Assembly: GCA_965552135.1 (NCBI GenBank)
Contig: CBEVQY010000025.1
Coordinates: 1 to 46,518, forward strand
Length of the DNA stretch: 46,518 bases
Direction of reading: 5' to 3'
DNA from: an uncultured bacterium
GTDB lineage: Bacteria; UBP14; UBA6098; B30-G16
Of this stretch, positions 17,126 to 26,586 are shown in pieces. Position 1 is the first letter of the stretch. Each line of letters starts with the position of its first letter. The notes beneath the pieces were generated by a model, which was given only the letters and a program-made list of their open reading frames with translations, was not told where the DNA came from and ran no database searches. A program made the translations under genes and the position numbers.

Positions 17126-20100
17126 CTACCGCATCCGGACGGCGACGGAGCGGACCACCTCCTTGTTCCCGTCGAAGTCCTCGGCGATGAGCTTGTAGAC
17201 GTAGCTTCCGTTCCCGATGGGATCGCCGTTTGAGTCGCGACCGTCCCAGCCAACGGAGTTGTATCCCGGCGTTGTGGGGCAGTCGAAGGAGCGCACAAGC
17301 CTGCCGCGCAGCGTGTAGACCTCAACGCGAACGCTGCGCGCAGGACGAGTGAGGGTGTAGACGAACTCGGTGTAGTTCTTGAACGGGTTGGGGAAGTTGA
17401 CGACATCACGCACAAGCTTGCCCTTGCCCGTAAAGAGCTCAACCTTGGCTGCGTTGTCGCTCTCTGTGATCTCGCCGAACGCCGAGTCGGGATCGACCAG
17501 AACGAAGAGCTTTTCGTAGTCGTCCGAAACGGTGTGGCTGAAGGTGACCACATACACCGTATCGGCGGTTGCAGCGGAAAGCAGAGGGATAGTTTGGTCG
17601 TCGCAGACGGGAGAGCCGTCCTCGGCAACAAGCCTTACGGGAACGTTCTCGAACTTCGTGTTCCCGCTGAAGTGGACCTTCACGTTTATCGCGACCTCGT
17701 CGCCGAGCTGATAACCCTCGGGGGCAACCGAGACGTCTTCGTCGGATACGCTGAGGTTGGCGCCGTAAAAGAGCGTTTCGGCGTCGGTTTCGCTAAACTT
17801 CCTCATCTCAAGCGCCCTGGCAAAGCCCTCCTCCGCGGCGTAGAACTCGGCGGTGAAGGCGTAGCAAAGCTCAAGCACGTCTTCGGTGTTGACCACAGGC
17901 ACCGCAAGCCAGAGGGGGATCGTTCTGCGCTCGTTGGGAAGGATGTCGCCAACCTCTATCTCCACGGTGCGCGTCTCGGGGTCGTAGCTGAAGGTGTAGG
18001 CGCTGTCGATCCCGTCGAAGTATGCGTCCTTGCCGATCTGGACGTAGAACTTCGGGTGGACGGCGATGTCGTTGCCGGCGTTTACCGCATCGAGGTTGAC
18101 CACAACCTCATTGTCCCCCTGCAGGAGGACGAAGAACCCCGTGCTGTCGACCTGCTCGCCGTTGACCTCGGCAACGCGCTTGAGCGGCAGAACCTGCGGA
18201 CCCCTGGCGCAGATGTAGCTTGCCCAGCTGCGCCTCAAGCGCTCAACTCCCATAAAGTCGGTGTATCTGACGAACGGATGAGCCGAGATAAGCAGATCGT
18301 CGGATGGGGCGGGGGCATCCACAATCGCGCGAGCTATGAGCCAGACATCCGTCCTTGATGGAGACGGCGGAAACTCCACAGCCTCCGCAGGCGGCAGAAG
18401 CACAAGCACGCTGTCGGTGAACGTGCCCGCTATGGGCGAGTATAGTCCGTCGTCGAAGTGAGCAGGGTCGGGCTGCGACCAGCTCCAACGCGCCTCAACA
18501 GGGGTCGGGACGTCGACGTAGCCCGGGAGGGTGTCGACAAGCTCCTCGAGGCTCGCCTTGGCTATGACGAACGATGGGCTCTCCACACCGCCCCAGTCGA
18601 CAACTGCGAACATCCCCTCGGGAACCGAAAGCTCGAAAGGCGTGCCGCTGCCCACATCATCCCAATAGTCGCGCTCGGTGCCGGTTATCCTAAAGCCAAT
18701 CCTGTGCACGCCAAGCCCAAGCGTCGGATCGAGCAGGAAGTGGTAGACGAAATACACCCTGCGCGAGGAGAGGACCTCTGGTATCGTCACGGAGCCGTCT
18801 GGGTTTCCGAGCTGGAAGAGGACCTCGCGCTCCGAGTCGTTGAAGCGCCAGCCTGCGTGGAAAGTTCGCGGGTCGTCGCCGGGAACCCATCCGCCCACCG
18901 ACTCGTCGTAGTGCGCGGGGACAAAAGGTCGCGGATATACGCCGTACCAGAAGAAAGGTTCGGTGGCGCCAAGCTCGGAGAGGTCGGGTCTGCAGGTGAG
19001 GTCGTCCCAGGTCTTGCCGCTCCCGTTCTGAACCTCGACGATAACGGTCAAGACGGCGCCGTCGACGCTCCTTGTGTAACCCGCCTCAGATATCAGCGAA
19101 TCCGGGAACTCGGGGACTATGCTCACGAAGGTGGCGTCGTCCACAAGATCAACGCGGGAGCGGGAGAGGTGATCCGGCACGAAAAGCGACGCGGGCTCCC
19201 TGCCCCCAACGTGCACCTGGACCGTGTAGTCCTCCGTACCGTACGACGTAACATATGGATCAAAATCCTCGTTGAACTCGTGCGGCTCGTTGGCGTCGTA
19301 GATGCGGTAGCGCAGGTATATCGTGTCGGGGTAAAGTGAGACCACGGTTGGGGTCACGTTCCTGCCGAGGGCTATCTTATTCCCCTTGGCTTCGGCGAGG
19401 AGGGCGTGTGTCCACTGGACCCACGGCGAGCCGCCGAAGATCTCCTCGTTCACAAGGACGGCGCCCTCGTTTATCTTCACGGGACCTTCGTAGCCGTAGC
19501 CGTGCCAGATGGCTCGGAGCGTTATGCACGTTGCGCCAAGCTTTTCCGGAAGGTCGTCGCCGTAGGTGGAGTCGGCGCCGGGACACCACCCAGGGTGCGC
19601 GTGGGCAAGATCACCCTCGATGGCAACCGACGTATCCCAGGGATTGAGCTCGAAAAGCGACTCAGCGTCCTCACCCGTGCCGGGCGGGAAGATGTCGTGC
19701 AGGTAGCCCGTGGAGCTCACGAACCTGTCGCCGAAGTCGTCCTCCCAGTCGTCGACGCCGTCGAAGTTGTCGTCGTCGAGGGCGGGGGGAATGAGTATCT
19801 GCGGGCAGTAAAGCTCGTACTTGAACGGATACTCGATGCAGAAGGGCTCGGTCGGGACGTAGGGGTTTGTGTCGACCAGCGTCTCGTACTCGGGGAATAT
19901 CTGCGACCAATCAAGTTCTCCGCTGCCGGTTCGCGGAAGGTCGATCTCATATCCACCAAACCCCTTCGGGATGGTGACGACGATGTAGCCGAAGACGCCG
20001 TCCCCGAGCCCATCGGGCACGGTCGACGTCCTCGTCCAGCCCCGCCCGCCGCTTGTGTAGTCGTACTCAAACTCCCCGTAGTCGTGACCGACGTTGGCAA

Positions 20101-22729
20101 GCCAGTAGCGGCTGTACTCCGTGGACGCCGTCACCTTAAAGTCGATGTACGCATCGTCGCCGGAGGGCAGAAAGTCGAGGCGCGAACCCGTCGCGGGATC
20201 TATTATCTCGTAGCTTTGGCAAACGTACTCAAACTGAAGCGGATTGGGCAGAGGCGTAAAGTACGTGTAGCTCACTCTGATGGGCGTCGTCTTGTATTTG
20301 CCCCAGATGGTCGTGTACGTGACCTTTCCGTAGAGTGTGTCCTCCTCTGGCGGGAAGGGTGATGTCATCGTGGGCTCGCGACCGCCGAGGTTCATAACGA
20401 CTATGTACTCACTGCGCGGGTAGGGTATGACGCCCCAGTCCTGCTCGAAGGAGTCGAGGTCGGTGGGGGTCGACGTGTCGGGGTCGAAGCGAAAGCCCTC
20501 GTAGCTGCCCATGCTCATCTTTATAAAGCGCACGTAAACTACATTCCCCGAGGAGTCGTGCTCCATCCACCACTCCCAGTTGTCGTAGAAGAAGCCGCGC
20601 ACAGAGTCGGGTCTTTCGCCCCTGGGGAGCCCGAGGTGTTCGGCTGCGCCAAAAGCCATATCAAGAAGCGGCGGTGGGTCTATCCAAAGCTCCCAGCTTG
20701 CGTAGGGGTCGTGCCATTCATATCCGCCAACGATGCCGATGTCCCACTCAAGCCGCCAGGCGCGTATCATATCGCCCGGCTCGGGAACGTCGACAACGCC
20801 GTCGCCGTTGAGGTCCTGTGCCCTTGAGCCGTCGTGGTCTATATCCTCGTATTCGCCGCTCCACGGGTTGAGCCAGTAAACGCTTTCGAGCACGGCGCTT
20901 GTGGGTCGCGGCCAGATCGACGAAAAATCGAGCCAGGCGTCCGGATCACCGTCGCCGTCCATATCGTACTCAACGCTTGCTGGGAAACCCTCGGTCGAGT
21001 CGGCTGTACCGCGCAATACGTCCACAAACCTGCCGCCCGGCGTGCGCACAATCGGTATCTCCTCCGCCGAACACCAGTAAACCGGAACGTCTATGGGAAC
21101 ATACTGAACGTACTTCGTCTCGAGGGCGTCTGTGCGCTCCTTGTTCTCGAAAATCATGAAGATCTTAAAGGGCTGGAAGTACTCGCCGAGGATGTTCTTC
21201 CAGTTCAGATCAGCATCGGCAACGATGTCGGCGTTGAAGAGAACGCGCATCCAAACATCGTACCTGTAGTCGACATCGGATACGCCGCCGTGCGTGTAGC
21301 TGGCTATGCCGGTGGAGGGGCATATCCGGTTATCGCCTGTGAGTCCATAGTCGTCTATTGTGCCCGTGAGGGGATCGTCGGGCGCCGGGGTCCTCAGCCT
21401 GTAGGTAATAAGCCTTGTCTCCCCTGCATCCATACTCCCCAAAAACCAGCTTATCTCATCTCCCGAAACCGACGGAGCAGGTCCGCCGGGACAATCAACA
21501 TAGTAGAAGTAGGAGTTTTTGTACTCAGTCACGGTCAGGTCCTCAATGGGCTCATCCCACAGGTTGCGCAGGTGGACGGAGACCTCGAACGTGACGGAGT
21601 CGTCGGCAGGGATGGCGTATGGCGCGACGTGGGTCGATTCGGGCAGCACCACAGGGCTGTGGACGCTTCGGAAGTGGAGCAGCTTGTGCGAGAAGGCGTA
21701 AAGCAGCGCGTTTGCGCTCCAGAGCCACTGATTTGGGTCATCGGTCGCAATGGCGCCCGCCGTCGGCACGCCAGCCATAAGGATGATTCTGCCGCCCAGG
21801 GCGTCTGCGCCGGAGATCTCTACCGCAGCGGGCTTGCCTACGTCATCGCCGTCCCACGTCGCCGAAAAACGAAGAATCGTCCTGTAGCCCTCAGGAAGCG
21901 TTGGCGCAGAAACGGTATAGATGCTGTCGGTAACGCTCACAAAGCCAAGGGGATGCGAGCTGTCCACCACCTCGACCGCAGCCATCATCGACGGCAGGAA
22001 ACCGTCCACCCGATCAGAAAGGTCTATCGTGCCCGGGGGAAGGATGCCGTATGCCTCAAGAAGATATCCCCCGTTCCCCTCGGCGTATATCGTCCCGCCG
22101 CCCTCCAGAAAGGCGCGAAGGACGTCGCCAAAGCCGGGAAACCTCTCCGCAACCTCCCTTATGTAGTACCCCGCATCGTAACCGTAGGACTCAAACGCCG
22201 GGATTACAAGCATTCGAACGTTCCAGTCGAAGGAGGTGGTGGCGGAATCGGTCACCAAAAACGCCCAGCTGTCGACGCCGTCGCCCATAAGCGTTTGAAA
22301 CATCGCGGGGAAGTAGTAGGTCTCCCAGGTGACCGACTGCCCCATGTCGTCGACGACGACGCTCTTGTAGAGGGCTATGCACTCCCCGCCGGGGAAGGAG
22401 ATGGAGTATGCCCTTGGGACACCGTCGATGTCGAAGGTCGGAACCCACACCCAGGAGAATTCTCGGTCGATGAGAGTGTCGGGGAGGAGGAACGCCCCCC
22501 TGTACGGTCCCGAGGCGAGCCACAGGATGGGGAGCTCGCCGTAGGCTGCGCCAAGATCAGGGTCGATCTCCCCCAAAAGGACCCATTGGTCGTAGGCAGC
22601 CTTGCGCCAGGCGAAGAGGTAGGCGTTCGGCAGGGAGGTTTGGGTCTCGTCGGTCGGTATGATCGTCACCCCTCCCCACAAAAGCGCAAACGAAAACGAC
22701 ACTAAAACAAACGATCGCCACGCCCCCAC
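17126..22729 (-). CDS. Large (1,867 aa) secreted protein with DUF11-like and CARDB-like domains, Ca-binding DxDxDG motifs and FlgD-Ig/T9SS-like CTD
   Basis: GTG start with AGGAGGT SD and signal peptide. DMDGDGDPD, DIDHDG, DLNGDGVVD. CARDB end VDPDSAFGEITESDNAA. CTD NFPNPF..YTEFVY.L...VEVYTLRGRLVR...WDGRDSNGD..GNGSYVYKL. Confidence 0.88.
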   Translation of the reverse strand: MGAWRSFVLVSFSFALLWGGVTIIPTDETQTSLPNAYLFAWRKAAYDQWVLLGEIDPDLGAAYGELPILWLASGPYRGAFLLPDTLIDREFSWVWVPTFDIDGVPRAYSISFPGGECIALYKSVVVDDMGQSVTWETYYFPAMFQTLMGDGVDSWAFLVTDSATTSFDWNVRMLVIPAFESYGYDAGYYIREVAERFPGFGDVLRAFLEGGGTIYAEGNGGYLLEAYGILPPGTIDLSDRVDGFLPSMMAAVEVVDSSHPLGFVSVTDSIYTVSAPTLPEGYRTILRFSATWDGDDVGKPAAVEISGADALGGRIILMAGVPTAGAIATDDPNQWLWSANALLYAFSHKLLHFRSVHSPVVLPESTHVAPYAIPADDSVTFEVSVHLRNLWDEPIEDLTVTEYKNSYFYYVDCPGGPAPSVSGDEISWFLGSMDAGETRLITYRLRTPAPDDPLTGTIDDYGLTGDNRICPSTGIASYTHGGVSDVDYRYDVWMRVLFNADIVADADLNWKNILGEYFQPFKIFMIFENKERTDALETKYVQYVPIDVPVYWCSAEEIPIVRTPGGRFVDVLRGTADSTEGFPASVEYDMDGDGDPDAWLDFSSIWPRPTSAVLESVYWLNPWSGEYEDIDHDGSRAQDLNGDGVVDVPEPGDMIRAWRLEWDIGIVGGYEWHDPYASWELWIDPPPLLDMAFGAAEHLGLPRGERPDSVRGFFYDNWEWWMEHDSSGNVVYVRFIKMSMGSYEGFRFDPDTSTPTDLDSFEQDWGVIPYPRSEYIVVMNLGGREPTMTSPFPPEEDTLYGKVTYTTIWGKYKTTPIRVSYTYFTPLPNPLQFEYVCQSYEIIDPATGSRLDFLPSGDDAYIDFKVTASTEYSRYWLANVGHDYGEFEYDYTSGGRGWTRTSTVPDGLGDGVFGYIVVTIPKGFGGYEIDLPRTGSGELDWSQIFPEYETLVDTNPYVPTEPFCIEYPFKYELYCPQILIPPALDDDNFDGVDDWEDDFGDRFVSSTGYLHDIFPPGTGEDAESLFELNPWDTSVAIEGDLAHAHPGWCPGADSTYGDDLPEKLGATCITLRAIWHGYGYEGPVKINEGAVLVNEEIFGGSPWVQWTHALLAEAKGNKIALGRNVTPTVVSLYPDTIYLRYRIYDANEPHEFNEDFDPYVTSYGTEDYTVQVHVGGREPASLFVPDHLSRSRVDLVDDATFVSIVPEFPDSLISEAGYTRSVDGAVLTVIVEVQNGSGKTWDDLTCRPDLSELGATEPFFWYGVYPRPFVPAHYDESVGGWVPGDDPRTFHAGWRFNDSEREVLFQLGNPDGSVTIPEVLSSRRVYFVYHFLLDPTLGLGVHRIGFRITGTERDYWDDVGSGTPFELSVPEGMFAVVDWGGVESPSFVIAKASLEELVDTLPGYVDVPTPVEARWSWSQPDPAHFDDGLYSPIAGTFTDSVLVLLPPAEAVEFPPSPSRTDVWLIARAIVDAPAPSDDLLISAHPFVRYTDFMGVERLRRSWASYICARGPQVLPLKRVAEVNGEQVDSTGFFVLLQGDNEVVVNLDAVNAGNDIAVHPKFYVQIGKDAYFDGIDSAYTFSYDPETRTVEIEVGDILPNERRTIPLWLAVPVVNTEDVLELCYAFTAEFYAAEEGFARALEMRKFSETDAETLFYGANLSVSDEDVSVAPEGYQLGDEVAINVKVHFSGNTKFENVPVRLVAEDGSPVCDDQTIPLLSAATADTVYVVTFSHTVSDDYEKLFVLVDPDSAFGEITESDNAAKVELFTGKGKLVRDVVNFPNPFKNYTEFVYTLTRPARSVRVEVYTLRGRLVRSFDCPTTPGYNSVGWDGRDSNGDPIGNGSYVYKLIAEDFDGNKEVVRSVAVRMR

Positions 22730-22828
22730 TGTGCACCTCCTGGTTCATCTATGTTCCAATTCGAACACACAAAGGGCTCAAACCGCCCCCGTTTTTCGCC
22801 CCTTCCGCACATCTCCCACCGCTACTCA

Positions 22829-22845
22829 AGCAGCCCGCGTGCCAA
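22829..22845 (-). promoter_or_regulatory. Candidate sigma54 (-24/-12) promoter for the 1,867-aa gene
   Basis: Minus strand TTGGCACGCGGGCTGCT vs consensus YTGGCACGNNNNTTGCW (GG-N10-GC, one mismatch), about 100 nt upstream of the start. Confidence 0.45.
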
Positions 22846-22855
22846 AAAATTAGGT

Positions 22856-22884
22856 TTGACAAACCACGGACTTAGTCATAATAT
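22856..22884 (+). promoter_or_regulatory. Sigma70-type promoter of the beta-helix/NHL cassette
   Basis: TTGACA-17 nt-TAATAT. Confidence 0.6.
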
Positions 22885-23008
22885 TTTTAGTGTGAGGGCA
22901 GAAGTTTTTTACAATGATCATCCCCGATCGCCTCCCGGTACGTTGTATCTACATTCCCAATTCATCTGCAAAAATTGACTAATTCTAACCCAAAACAAGG
23001 AGGAAGCA

Positions 23009-24478
23009 ATGAAAAAGTTTGCGATCGTGTTCGTTTTTTGCGCTCTTGTTCAAATGCTGTTTTCACAGTACATCGACAAACCGGAGGAGGAATATCTCCT
23101 CTCCGGCATGCCCTTTGCGTATGTTCACCACGTAAGCGGAAGCAGTACCTGGTACACCGGCGTTTACGCATTTCAGCAAGCCTTGGACGAAGCAAACGCC
23201 AGTGCTGGCTCAACCGACCCCGTCGACAGTATACGCATATATAGTCCCCCAACCGACCCCTTCGTGGCCAGCGAAGATTTCTTCACAATTAAAGCCAGTA
23301 ATCTTGTTATCTACCACGACAACTCCGCCTACTTGTCCGATGGCATTGTCATCGATACTGGGGAAGTCATTAGAAAAGTTGAAATAATAGGGATTCACAA
23401 GAGCATGCTTTACATTAACACCACCGATGGAGTTGGGATCGACATCCCATCCACTGCGGTTTATATAACAGTTCAGAATGCTGATATAACAGCATCATCT
23501 TGCGGTATCAGCAACTTGGGACGTAATTGCACGTTTCGAAACATCAACATCCAAAACTGCAGTTTCGCCGGTCTCCACAACGATGCCAAAAATTGCTACG
23601 CAAATAACATAAAAATACAAAACTGTGGCTGGGGTATTTTGGGGCACGGTTCTGGCAATAGCTTAACCGCTGAAAAACTGTTAATTAAAAACTGTGAATG
23701 GGGTTGTTCGTTTTCTGCTGATATATCAGTAACAATAGACCGAGCTACCATCTACAATTTCTCATTTTGCGGCATTTATAACAATAGCTCCCCCTCTTGT
23801 GTTCATTGCAAACGCTGTCTCGTATACAACGATAGTTATACCGCGGATAACTACTGTTATTATAGTGTTACCTTCGACGACGTTTGGCCCTCCAGCACCA
23901 ATGATAATGTTGCAATGGGAGGTGACTGCGCCACTGGTGGACATGATTTCTTCCACTGCAGCGGCGTAGGAACCGCCGCAAGGTCATACGATGGCTATCC
24001 CGAAATTAGCCATTGCACGGGTGTTCTATCTGAATTTCGTCCTGGTGAAGCCAATATAATACTACAAGAAACTTACAATAGCGACCAATGGTTCTCTTGT
24101 CTGCCAATGTATACAGCTGCAAAGGCCCTCGCTCTCTATTTCAATGATCCGCTTACTGGTAATCGAAGTTATGTCGACAACGTTGGCTATGACACGGACA
24201 TAACAAAAGGGATAGCTAAAAAATACATTGCACCTCAACTTCCGCCATCGCTCGAGCTCACGGCCTTCCCCTCGCCGTTTAACTCAGGCATTGCAATACG
24301 AACTTCCATCGATGCGTATTTCTACATCTTCGACAGCGCTGGTCGGCTTGTAGCCACGCTGAACGGTAAACGCGCATTCTGGCATCCTGCAGATAATTTG
24401 GGAAACGGAACATACATAATCAAGGCACTCACACCCGACGGCCTTAGTGAAAGCAAACAAGTTATCTACCTCAAATGA
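23009..24478 (+). CDS. Secreted right-handed beta-helix (pectin-lyase-like fold) protein with T9SS-like CTD
   Basis: AGGAGG SD and signal peptide MKKFAIVFVFCALVQMLFS|Q. N/C/I-rich repeats (FRNINIQNCSFAGL, NNIKIQNCGWGI, LLIKNCEWGC). CTD AFPSPFNSG...IFDSAGRLVATL....W......NGTYIIK. Confidence 0.75.
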   Translation: MKKFAIVFVFCALVQMLFSQYIDKPEEEYLLSGMPFAYVHHVSGSSTWYTGVYAFQQALDEANASAGSTDPVDSIRIYSPPTDPFVASEDFFTIKASNLVIYHDNSAYLSDGIVIDTGEVIRKVEIIGIHKSMLYINTTDGVGIDIPSTAVYITVQNADITASSCGISNLGRNCTFRNINIQNCSFAGLHNDAKNCYANNIKIQNCGWGILGHGSGNSLTAEKLLIKNCEWGCSFSADISVTIDRATIYNFSFCGIYNNSSPSCVHCKRCLVYNDSYTADNYCYYSVTFDDVWPSSTNDNVAMGGDCATGGHDFFHCSGVGTAARSYDGYPEISHCTGVLSEFRPGEANIILQETYNSDQWFSCLPMYTAAKALALYFNDPLTGNRSYVDNVGYDTDITKGIAKKYIAPQLPPSLELTAFPSPFNSGIAIRTSIDAYFYIFDSAGRLVATLNGKRAFWHPADNLGNGTYIIKALTPDGLSESKQVIYLK

Positions 24479-24502
24479 TGTTGACTAAACCAGGAGGCTT
24501 GG

Positions 24503-25672
24503 ATGTTGGCACTCATCCTAACCATTCTCTCCCTCGTTCTGCCCGCGGCTGCGCAAGACGACAGCGTATACATCTATGTAACTTTCGTCCTCGACTCCCC
24601 CGCTCCAAGCGTCCTCGCAAGAATGAACGACATGGAGGCAAATGGACTCGTAACATGGGGACTGAACGAGCTACGCATCGCCATCAAAGTCGAGGTTGGC
24701 TGCGACGGGAAGATATACATCTGCGACCATAATGAAGACCCCTTCTCCTCCCTCCCCTCGCGCATCATTCGAATTGACGACATCTCCGGAGCCGGCTTCA
24801 CTTATTGGTGGGACGAAGCCCCGAGCTTCTGGCCTCATGCCGCCCTATCGGCCTGCGATGGAAAGATCTACATCGCGGACTGTAGACACATAACAAGAAT
24901 AGATGACATGAGCGGCGCGGGTCGCACAACCTACTGCCCATGCCCAGAAGAAACCCTTGAACACGGCGGTTTTATTGATCTAGTAATAGATAGTTCAGAG
25001 AGAATTTACACCCTTTTTAGAAACCGCATATTTCGCTTCGACGACATGACGGGAACCAACCTCGTAGCCTACGGCGACTCAGGCTCCGGCGTCGGAGAGT
25101 TCGGAAGTGCTTGGTCAATAGACCTGGACCCAGAAGGAAGGATATACATTGCCGACTACAGCAACCACCGCATAGTCCGCATAGACGACATGACTGGGGC
25201 GGGCTGGGTCGCCCTGGGCGACAGCGGAACAGGCGTGGGCGAGTTCGTCCACCCAGTCGATATCTCCGTTGGCCCCGACGGAAAAATCTACGTCGTGGAC
25301 ACCTCCGGCCGGCGCATAATTCGCTTCGACGACATGACCGGCGCAGGCTGGACCGAACTCGATTGCCGAACCCTCGGACTCGGATGGCCATTCTCCATCT
25401 GCGTCGTGCCACGAGCATCGCCCGACACAGAAAAAGTCGCCGAAACGAGCGCGGAGAAACTCCACCTCTCCGTCTCGCCCAATCCGTTCCGCGAAGCCCT
25501 CAGGATAGATGCACCAGCCGATGCGGACGTGGTCGTTTACGACGCGATCGGGCGGGTTGTCCACAGGCAGCGCGGCGGAGGAGTGTGGAGGCCGAAGGGC
25601 GCGGGCGCGTACGTCGTCACAGCTGAGCTCGGCGGAAAGCGCGAAAGCAGGATCGTCGTGAAGACGGAGTGA
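24503..25672 (+). CDS. Secreted NHL-repeat beta-propeller protein with T9SS-like CTD
   Basis: AGGAGG SD and signal peptide ...PAAA|Q. Blades such as G.GVGEF..P..I.V.PDGKIYV.D...RI.RFD. CTD VSPNPFREAL.I......VYDAIGR.V. Confidence 0.85.
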   Translation: MLALILTILSLVLPAAAQDDSVYIYVTFVLDSPAPSVLARMNDMEANGLVTWGLNELRIAIKVEVGCDGKIYICDHNEDPFSSLPSRIIRIDDISGAGFTYWWDEAPSFWPHAALSACDGKIYIADCRHITRIDDMSGAGRTTYCPCPEETLEHGGFIDLVIDSSERIYTLFRNRIFRFDDMTGTNLVAYGDSGSGVGEFGSAWSIDLDPEGRIYIADYSNHRIVRIDDMTGAGWVALGDSGTGVGEFVHPVDISVGPDGKIYVVDTSGRRIIRFDDMTGAGWTELDCRTLGLGWPFSICVVPRASPDTEKVAETSAEKLHLSVSPNPFREALRIDAPADADVVVYDAIGRVVHRQRGGGVWRPKGAGAYVVTAELGGKRESRIVVKTE

Positions 25673-25676
25673 CGCC

Positions 25677-26567
25677 TCAACTTACCACGCACCCGAGGGC
25701 GATGGAGTAGAGCTTGATCTGCGCGGTGTCGGAGCGGGAGAGGAGCACGATCGGCAGTCGCGCACCCATAACGATGCCGCCTATCTTCGCGCCGGCGAGG
25801 TATATAAGCGCTTTCGCGAAGATGTTCCCGCTCGCGATGTCGGGCACGAGGAAGATGTCGGCGTCCTCGGACATCTGCGTATCTATCCCCTTGGCCTTTG
25901 CCGCCTGCTTGGAGAGCACAACGTCTATGGCAAGTGGACCCTCAAACACTATATCCCCAAGCTCCCCAGACCTCGACATCTCCGTAAGCTTTTGCGCATC
26001 GAGCGTTTCGGGCATGTCGGGGTTAGGCGTCTCTATGGCGGCCAAGCCAACGGCTTTGGGTTTGTCGATCCCAAGCTTGCGCGCAACCTCCGCTGCGTTG
26101 TGCAAAATCTGAACCTTCTGCTCCAGGTCGGGGCGGATGTTCATTCCGCCGTCGCTCATGAGGATGAGCTTGGGGTACCTCTCCACCTCAAGCACAGCTA
26201 CGTGGGAAAGAAGCCTTCCTGTGCGCAGACCCTTCTCCTTGTCGAGCACAGCCTTAAGCAGAACAGGTGTGGAAAGCTTTCCCTTCATGAGCATGTCGCA
26301 TACGCCGTTTCGACCGAGCTCCACCGTCTTTTCGGCTATCTCCTCGGGGCTTTCTGCGTGCACGATCTCGTATTCGCCGAGGCCGATCTTTTCGGCAAGC
26401 GGGGCTATCTTGCTCCCGTCGCCCACGAGGTACGGCTTTATGATCCCCATCTTCTCCGCCTCGGCGAGAGCCTGCACCACAGCCTCGCCGGCGGCGTCCG
26501 CAACGGCGAGATTCCTCCTGCGGCTACCGCGAGCAAGCTCCAGAATCTCGGCGAAGCTTCTTATCAT
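25677..26567 (-). CDS. ptb: Phosphate butyryl/acetyl-transferase (PTA/PTB family)
   Basis: GGAGGT SD then MIRSFAEILE. LMKGK...LLKAVLDKEKGLRTGRLLSHVAV, SDGGMNI.P, GPLAIDV, VPDIASGNIFAK, PIVLLSRSD. Confidence 0.88.
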   Translation of the reverse strand: MIRSFAEILELARGSRRRNLAVADAAGEAVVQALAEAEKMGIIKPYLVGDGSKIAPLAEKIGLGEYEIVHAESPEEIAEKTVELGRNGVCDMLMKGKLSTPVLLKAVLDKEKGLRTGRLLSHVAVLEVERYPKLILMSDGGMNIRPDLEQKVQILHNAAEVARKLGIDKPKAVGLAAIETPNPDMPETLDAQKLTEMSRSGELGDIVFEGPLAIDVVLSKQAAKAKGIDTQMSEDADIFLVPDIASGNIFAKALIYLAGAKIGGIVMGARLPIVLLSRSDTAQIKLYSIALGCVVS

Positions 26568-26586
26568 ATGCTCACCTCCCTTATCG

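Noticed and set aside
24765..25355. CRISPR array or DGR template/variable repeat in the NHL gene
   Set aside because: The repeats are in-frame protein blades differing at synonymous positions, not adenine-specific changes. No reverse transcriptase or cas gene is present.
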